A stretch of 57,695 nucleotides of DNA from a virus, in the IMG/VR virus record IMGVR_UViG_3300045988_076491; one strand, written 5' to 3'. Positions within the stretch are counted from its first letter, which is position 1; each line of letters starts with the position of its first letter. The translations under genes were made by a program, and so were the position numbers. The notes beneath the pieces are model-generated. The model did not search any database. It saw nothing but the letters and a program-made list of their open reading frames with translations, and was not told the origin of the DNA. Shown one piece after another: positions 53,588-57,695 of this stretch.

Positions 53588-53888
53588 AAGTCTTAAGAAA
53601 TGGATTAATCTTCCAGCACAGATAAAACCGTTCATAAGAAGAAACGGAACTGGTACTAAGCTGTATGGGGATGCAGTTGATATTAAGTGTTATGCTGAAG
53701 GTAAAGTAACTACTGTCACTGATAACAAAGGTGCTGAAGTTGTTTCAAACAAGCAGCTGTACATTAATGGTTCAGTGCCCATCGCAGAACTTGATTGCAT
53801 TATATTTGAAAACTCAGAGCACAGCATCAAAAGTATCAATACGTTTTATAGAAATGGCAAACCAGACATCAAGGTGGTGTATCTGTAA
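53580..53888 (+). CDS. Head closure / neck protein candidate
   Basis: GTG at 53580, 8 nt after AGGGGGG, overlapping the upstream stop. Confidence 0.45.
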   Translation: MYESLKKWINLPAQIKPFIRRNGTGTKLYGDAVDIKCYAEGKVTTVTDNKGAEVVSNKQLYINGSVPIAELDCIIFENSEHSIKSINTFYRNGKPDIKVVYL

Positions 53889-54346
53889 TGAAAGGTACAT
53901 TTAGCTTTGATTTTGACCAAAAGAGCCTCAACAATTTTGAAGCGCAGTGTGAAGCTGCGATTAGAAATTTAGGTAATGGTACTAAGGAAGCTACAACTAC
54001 TGCATGTCAAGAAATTCTTGGAAACAGCATGGCTGAGGTACCTAAAGATACCTACACACTGCTGATGAGTGCATTTTATGAAGTGTCAAGAAGAACAGAT
54101 ACATCTGCTTCTACTTATGCTTATGAAGCAATCATTGGTTATGGTGGAAATGGTGACCCAGTCAATCCAAAGACTGGTCGCAGAGCTTCATCCTATATGG
54201 TAGAGGTTCATGAAGACTTATCAGTATATCATCCTACTGGTAAAGCCAAATTTTTGGAAGACCCTGTACGAGAGTATGCTAGAGAAAACTTTACAAGAAC
54301 CGTATTTACTTACGCACAGGAATCTTTAGCTACAATGAGTGATTAA
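53888..54346 (+). CDS. HK97 gp10-like neck / tail-completion protein
   Basis: MAEVPKDTYTLLMS resembles the gp10-family aP.dTG.L motif. Confidence 0.55.
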   Translation: MKGTFSFDFDQKSLNNFEAQCEAAIRNLGNGTKEATTTACQEILGNSMAEVPKDTYTLLMSAFYEVSRRTDTSASTYAYEAIIGYGGNGDPVNPKTGRRASSYMVEVHEDLSVYHPTGKAKFLEDPVREYARENFTRTVFTYAQESLATMSD

Positions 54347-54361
54347 GAGAGGAGGTGCCGT

Positions 54362-54754
54362 ATGGCTAATCCATTGCTACTAGACATTGTTATGTTCCTT
54401 ACGGACAATGGTATGGTTCAGGGTGATGGTGTAGATGCCTTCAGAGACTTCACGCCAGAAGCACCCGATTCTCTTGTAGCTCTACATGAGTACAAGGGAG
54501 ACCCTGCAGTAGCATATGACTCAAATGTTAACAGGTCAGTGCAAGTAACTGTTAGGGATAAAGACGCTGATGTTGCAAGGCAAAGAGCTTTGGATATTTA
54601 TAAATTGTTCATATCTGACAACTTAATCGTGAATTTCACGCCTGATAGGTGGGGCCAAGTGCATCTTAGGCAACCACCATTTAAGATTAGTCAGGATAAC
54701 AATGACAGAGTTACTTATGGCTTCAACGTTGGAATAACAACAACTATTGAATAG
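54362..54754 (+). CDS. Tail terminator / neck protein candidate
   Basis: Lies immediately upstream of the major tail gene; GAGGAGG RBS. Confidence 0.45.
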   Translation: MANPLLLDIVMFLTDNGMVQGDGVDAFRDFTPEAPDSLVALHEYKGDPAVAYDSNVNRSVQVTVRDKDADVARQRALDIYKLFISDNLIVNFTPDRWGQVHLRQPPFKISQDNNDRVTYGFNVGITTTIE

Positions 54755-54766
54755 GAGGAATGAAAC

Positions 54767-55360
54767 ATGGCTACAAGAATTGGTTGTGATAATCTTGTGT
54801 ATGCTATTATGACTACAGAAGATTCTGCCAAAAAAGCACCTGTGTATGCTGTACCTAAAACAGCACCTGGTGTAATGTCAGTGAACATCAACCCGAATGC
54901 CTCACAGGAAACCTTGTTTGCCGATGATGGTCCTATGGAGACTGCTACAACTCTTGGTAAGATTGACGTTGAAATTAAAAAGAACGAACTTACTACTGAG
55001 AATAAAGCAGACCTTCTTGGCCATACCATCGATGGTGACGGAGGTCTTGTGTTTGGTGATTCTGACGTTCCACCGTTTGTTGCTATTGGCTTCAGGTCTT
55101 TGAAGTCTAATGGTAACTATCGCTATGTCTGGCTGTACAAAGGTAAGTTTACTGACCCTGAGGACCAGAACGAAACAAAGGGTGACAGCATTAACTTCCA
55201 GGCTGATACAATTAAGGGTCAGTTTGTTAAGCTTAATTATCCTGTTACCGTTGGTAGCAAAAAGATTCGTATGTGGAAGTACGAACTTGATGGTGATAAC
55301 CCTGGAGCTAGCGAGTCTGCTATGTCAACTTGGTTTGATGCCGTTAAAATGCCGAGCTAA
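54767..55360 (+). CDS. Major tail protein
   Basis: 197 aa, upstream of the chaperone pair. The N-terminus resembles phi13-family major tail proteins. Confidence 0.7.
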   Translation: MATRIGCDNLVYAIMTTEDSAKKAPVYAVPKTAPGVMSVNINPNASQETLFADDGPMETATTLGKIDVEIKKNELTTENKADLLGHTIDGDGGLVFGDSDVPPFVAIGFRSLKSNGNYRYVWLYKGKFTDPEDQNETKGDSINFQADTIKGQFVKLNYPVTVGSKKIRMWKYELDGDNPGASESAMSTWFDAVKMPS

Positions 55361-55373
55361 GGAGGGATAACGA

Positions 55374-55847
55374 ATGAGTGCATTGAATATTACTACTGAT
55401 GCGACTGGTAAGGTTACTAAGGTAATGGTAGATGACAAAGTCATTGACAATGTGTCTGATGTTTCCCAGAACCTTTCCCGTGGCACACTGGTTGCTACTA
55501 TCAAGGCTACTTTTGATAGCATTACAGTTACAGAGCAGGCTGGTACTCCGGCTCCTGCTTTGACTGTAGCTTTTGCAGCTGGTACAGTTACTGGTTCTAC
55601 TAAGGCTACTATTACTGGAGATGCTGAGCCTGGAAATCACTTTGCTTATGCAGTTGCTAATACAACGCAGGCTACTCCTAATGTAGGTGATGTAGTATCT
55701 GGTGCTACAACCTATGTATCTGGTAACAATATTACAGGTGTTACAGCTGGTAAGAGCGTAGCAGTATATGAGCTTACTACTGCTAATGAAGTAGTTAAGT
55801 TTACAGCTCATACTCTCATTGGTAGCGAGATTAAAGCTACTGAGTAA
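55374..55847 (+). CDS. Ig-like domain tail protein
   Basis: T/A/G/V-rich beta pattern (TVTGSTKATITGDAEPG...AVYELT) typical of Big/Ig-like phage domains. Confidence 0.55.
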   Translation: MSALNITTDATGKVTKVMVDDKVIDNVSDVSQNLSRGTLVATIKATFDSITVTEQAGTPAPALTVAFAAGTVTGSTKATITGDAEPGNHFAYAVANTTQATPNVGDVVSGATTYVSGNNITGVTAGKSVAVYELTTANEVVKFTAHTLIGSEIKATE

Positions 55848-55877
55848 TTATTCCGTAAAATGATTGGAGGTAACGTA

Positions 55878-56246
55878 ATGTCTAATGTAAAAGATGTAAA
55901 ATCTAAGGACATTAAGATTACCCTTAATGACGGCGTTGAGCGTACTATAAAGTTTACGCTCAATGCTTTGGCTGAACTCGAAGACAGATATGGTTCAGTT
56001 GATGAAGCGTTTAAGCAGCTTGACAACAACAGTATTAAAGCTGTACGTTGCATCCTTTGGGCTGGTCTTATTCATGAAGACCCTGAGCTTACAGAGCAGC
56101 AAGTCGGTAATCTTATTGATATTCAGTATATGCAGGAACTTATGGCGTCTCTCAACGATGCATTCGATTCAGATATGCCTGTTGCAGAAAAGATTCCTGA
56201 TAATGCAGAGCCTAAGCTGGACGGTGCACAGGACCCAAACGCCTAA
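55878..56246 (+). CDS. Tail assembly chaperone (gpG-like)
   Basis: ATG at 55878 (GGAGG RBS). Precedes the slippery site and the tape measure gene. Confidence 0.7.
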   Translation: MSNVKDVKSKDIKITLNDGVERTIKFTLNALAELEDRYGSVDEAFKQLDNNSIKAVRCILWAGLIHEDPELTEQQVGNLIDIQYMQELMASLNDAFDSDMPVAEKIPDNAEPKLDGAQDPNA

Positions 56247-56488
56247 ATCCCAGCAATAAAGATGGGGCCAATCCGTTCGCCACAGACGACTGGGATTGGC
56301 CCTATATTTTATATGTTGGGAGAGTATGGTTGCATTATACTGATGAAGAAGTAATGAGTATGACTCCTAGAAAGTTCAAGTCACAACTTGATGTGCACTA
56401 TGATGTACAACAAAGAATGCATGGAGAAAAGTCACAAAGAAATTATGCTGACCAGGTTGGTTATATTGACCAAATTCCAGGTTGGTAA
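56216..56488 (+). CDS. -1 frame extension (gpT-like) of the tail chaperone, expressed as a fusion with 55878..56240
   Basis: 90-codon open -1 frame with no start or RBS of its own. Contains DDWDWPYILY...MTPRKF, typical of chaperone extensions. Confidence 0.65.
   Translation, partial: AGRCTGPKRLNPSNKDGANPFATDDWDWPYILYVGRVWLHYTDEEVMSMTPRKFKSQLDVHYDVQQRMHGEKSQRNYADQVGYIDQIPGW
56234..56240 (+). promoter_or_regulatory. -1 programmed frameshift slippery heptamer C CCA AAC
   Basis: X XXY YYZ in the zero frame, 4 nt before the stop. The -1 frame is open from 56216 to 56488. Confidence 0.7.
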
Positions 56489-56503
56489 TAGGGAGGTGTT
56501 ACA

Positions 56504-57695
56504 ATGGCTAGCTTTGCAAATTTGACAGCAAACCTTAATCTTAATATTCAAAACTTTGCTAGCAATATGCGTAGAGCAGCTAGCTTAGCAAATCAATTCT
56601 CTGCTAACCTAAAGGGTCAGATTAACGATGGTCTTGTAGAACCAGCTAAGAAGTCAAAGTTTGAATTTAAGGATGTTGCACGTATTGTGCAAGGTATTAT
56701 GATTTCTAAAGTATTCTATGGAGGATTGAATGCTATTAGAAATGCTTCTAATGCAGTCTGGGAATTTAGTCAGGAACTTGAGTATGCAAAGATTGCTTAC
56801 TCTAACTTATTTGGTGACACTGCCTTAGCAGACGAATTCATCAATGTACTTAAGGACTTTGCAGCTAAAACACCATTCTCTTTCCAAGAGTCTGAGGCTG
56901 CGGCGAAGCGTTTACTCGCATATGGTATTCAGTACAAAAATGTCATGTATGTAATGCAAGGCGTTCTAGCTGCATCATCTATGCAAGGAAACCCACAGGC
57001 AATTGAGTCTGTCTCAAGGGCGCTTGGACAAATCTACACCAAAGGCAGATTGATGAATGAAGAGATGAGGCAGCTTGCTGAAGCAGGAATTCCTGCCTAT
57101 GAAATCTTACAGGAGAAACTTGGCCTTACTAACAAACAGTTACAAAATCTTGGTAAGGAACGCATCCCTGCAAGTAAAGCCATCAATGCATTAGTAGATG
57201 GTATGAACGAGCGCTTTGGCGGAGTAGTAGCTGCTTCATCTAAAACATTAAAAGGTATTATCAGTAATATCAAAGATAATGCTACTATGCTTGTATCTGG
57301 TGCATTTGAGCCACTGATTACTTACATCAAGTCTGGTTTGAATGAGCTTGGCGAGTTCTTATTTAAGATGCGAGAAATATTCGAGCTTAAGGGCTTAGGT
57401 GGTGTATTTGAAGCAATCTTTCCACCTGAGCTACACTCTACAATCAGGCAGTTTGTAGCTAACCTTGGTACACTGTTTCAGGCAGTCGTAAGATTAGTAG
57501 GCACACTTGGCGGATTACTTAGACCAGTACTTGAGGCGCTTATTAGAGTGTTTAATGCCTTTGCACCTATTCTTACTACTGTGCTTAATGTACTGTCTGT
57601 TATGGTATCTTGGATTACGCAAAATGCAACAGCCATGAGGATTCTTACGGCTGCATTGGCCGCTGCAGCGACAATGTGGGTACTATTCAAAGTTA
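56504..57695 (+). CDS. Tail tape measure protein, N-terminal part (runs off the window end and continues at position 1)
   Basis: GGGAGG RBS. LAEAGIPAYEILQEKLGLT and related TMP core-region motifs. No stop before the window end. Confidence 0.9.
   Translation, partial: MASFANLTANLNLNIQNFASNMRRAASLANQFSANLKGQINDGLVEPAKKSKFEFKDVARIVQGIMISKVFYGGLNAIRNASNAVWEFSQELEYAKIAYSNLFGDTALADEFINVLKDFAAKTPFSFQESEAAAKRLLAYGIQYKNVMYVMQGVLAASSMQGNPQAIESVSRALGQIYTKGRLMNEEMRQLAEAGIPAYEILQEKLGLTNKQLQNLGKERIPASKAINALVDGMNERFGGVVAASSKTLKGIISNIKDNATMLVSGAFEPLITYIKSGLNELGEFLFKMREIFELKGLGGVFEAIFPPELHSTIRQFVANLGTLFQAVVRLVGTLGGLLRPVLEALIRVFNAFAPILTTVLNVLSVMVSWITQNATAMRILTAALAAAATMWVLFKV
57641..57695. repeat. Exact 55-nt copy of positions 1-55 (circular closure or assembly overlap)
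   Basis: attcttacggctgcattggccgctgcagcgacaatgtgggtactattcaaagtta occurs at both ends. Confidence 0.95.

Noticed and set aside
1-57695. A search for a lysogeny module, a reverse transcriptase (DGR or retron), toxin-antitoxin pairs, or introns and inteins in nrdD, polA and terL.
   Set aside because: No recombinase or RT motifs (YxDD) were seen in any ORF. The catalytic motifs of NrdD, PolA and TerL are contiguous and the protein lengths are normal. I noticed no template/variable repeat pair near the fibre genes. Only eye inspection was possible.

Overview
The window is one complete tailed dsDNA phage genome of about 57,640 bp. Positions 1-55 repeat exactly at 57641-57695, so the contig closes into a circle and the tape measure gene is split across the junction. 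Nearly all genes have strong GGAGG-type Shine-Dalgarno sites. An anaerobic RNR (NrdDG), a SPOR-domain amidase and a sigma-70-family factor suggest a low-GC anaerobic Firmicutes host; that is inference. The layout has three parts. (1) 11.6-39.1 kb, plus strand: an early, replication and nucleotide-metabolism module. It starts with a small transcription unit carrying an initiator-type tRNA-Met and a tRNA-Arg. It then encodes an SNF2 helicase, VRR-NUC, a sigma factor, an ATP-dependent ligase, RNase H, a DnaG-type primase fused to an AAA+ helicase, a YqaJ exonuclease, dUTPase, a ThyX-like protein, a dNMP kinase, dCMP deaminase, NrdH/NrdD/NrdG, PolA, an OB-HD nuclease and many small Zn-ribbon proteins. 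(2) 45.5 kb, through the junction, to 11.3 kb, plus strand: the late module. It encodes TerS, HNH, a holin-like protein, TerL, portal, an XkdF-like protease, scaffold, DUF2190, the major capsid protein, neck proteins, the major tail protein, a chaperone pair with a CCCAAAC -1 frameshift, a 1248-aa tape measure protein, tail tip and receptor-binding proteins, an endolysin and a separately promoted transglycosylase. (3) 39.1-45.5 kb: an unusual accessory region with mixed strands and about 3.3 kb of non-coding DNA. I saw no integrase, repressor, reverse transcriptase or CRISPR array. The best novelty candidate is region (3). It holds five GC-rich non-coding islands (about 60% GC against about 40% elsewhere, by hand counts of single 60-nt lines) carrying strand-oriented repeat families: GGGTTTTAGC x9, GCTAGTAGAT x5 and GCTGAGGCTG. 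The islands alternate with single-gene cassettes that reuse the same promoter, RBS and terminator. The region is bounded by one of two AT-rich loci (11.4 kb and 40.5 kb, almost exactly opposite on the circle) that contain paired inverted arrays of 9-bp-phased GTTAAGA repeats. Function is unknown; candidates are structured ncRNA, packaging/Chi-like sites, or origin/partition sites. All functional calls come from motifs read by eye; no database search was possible.
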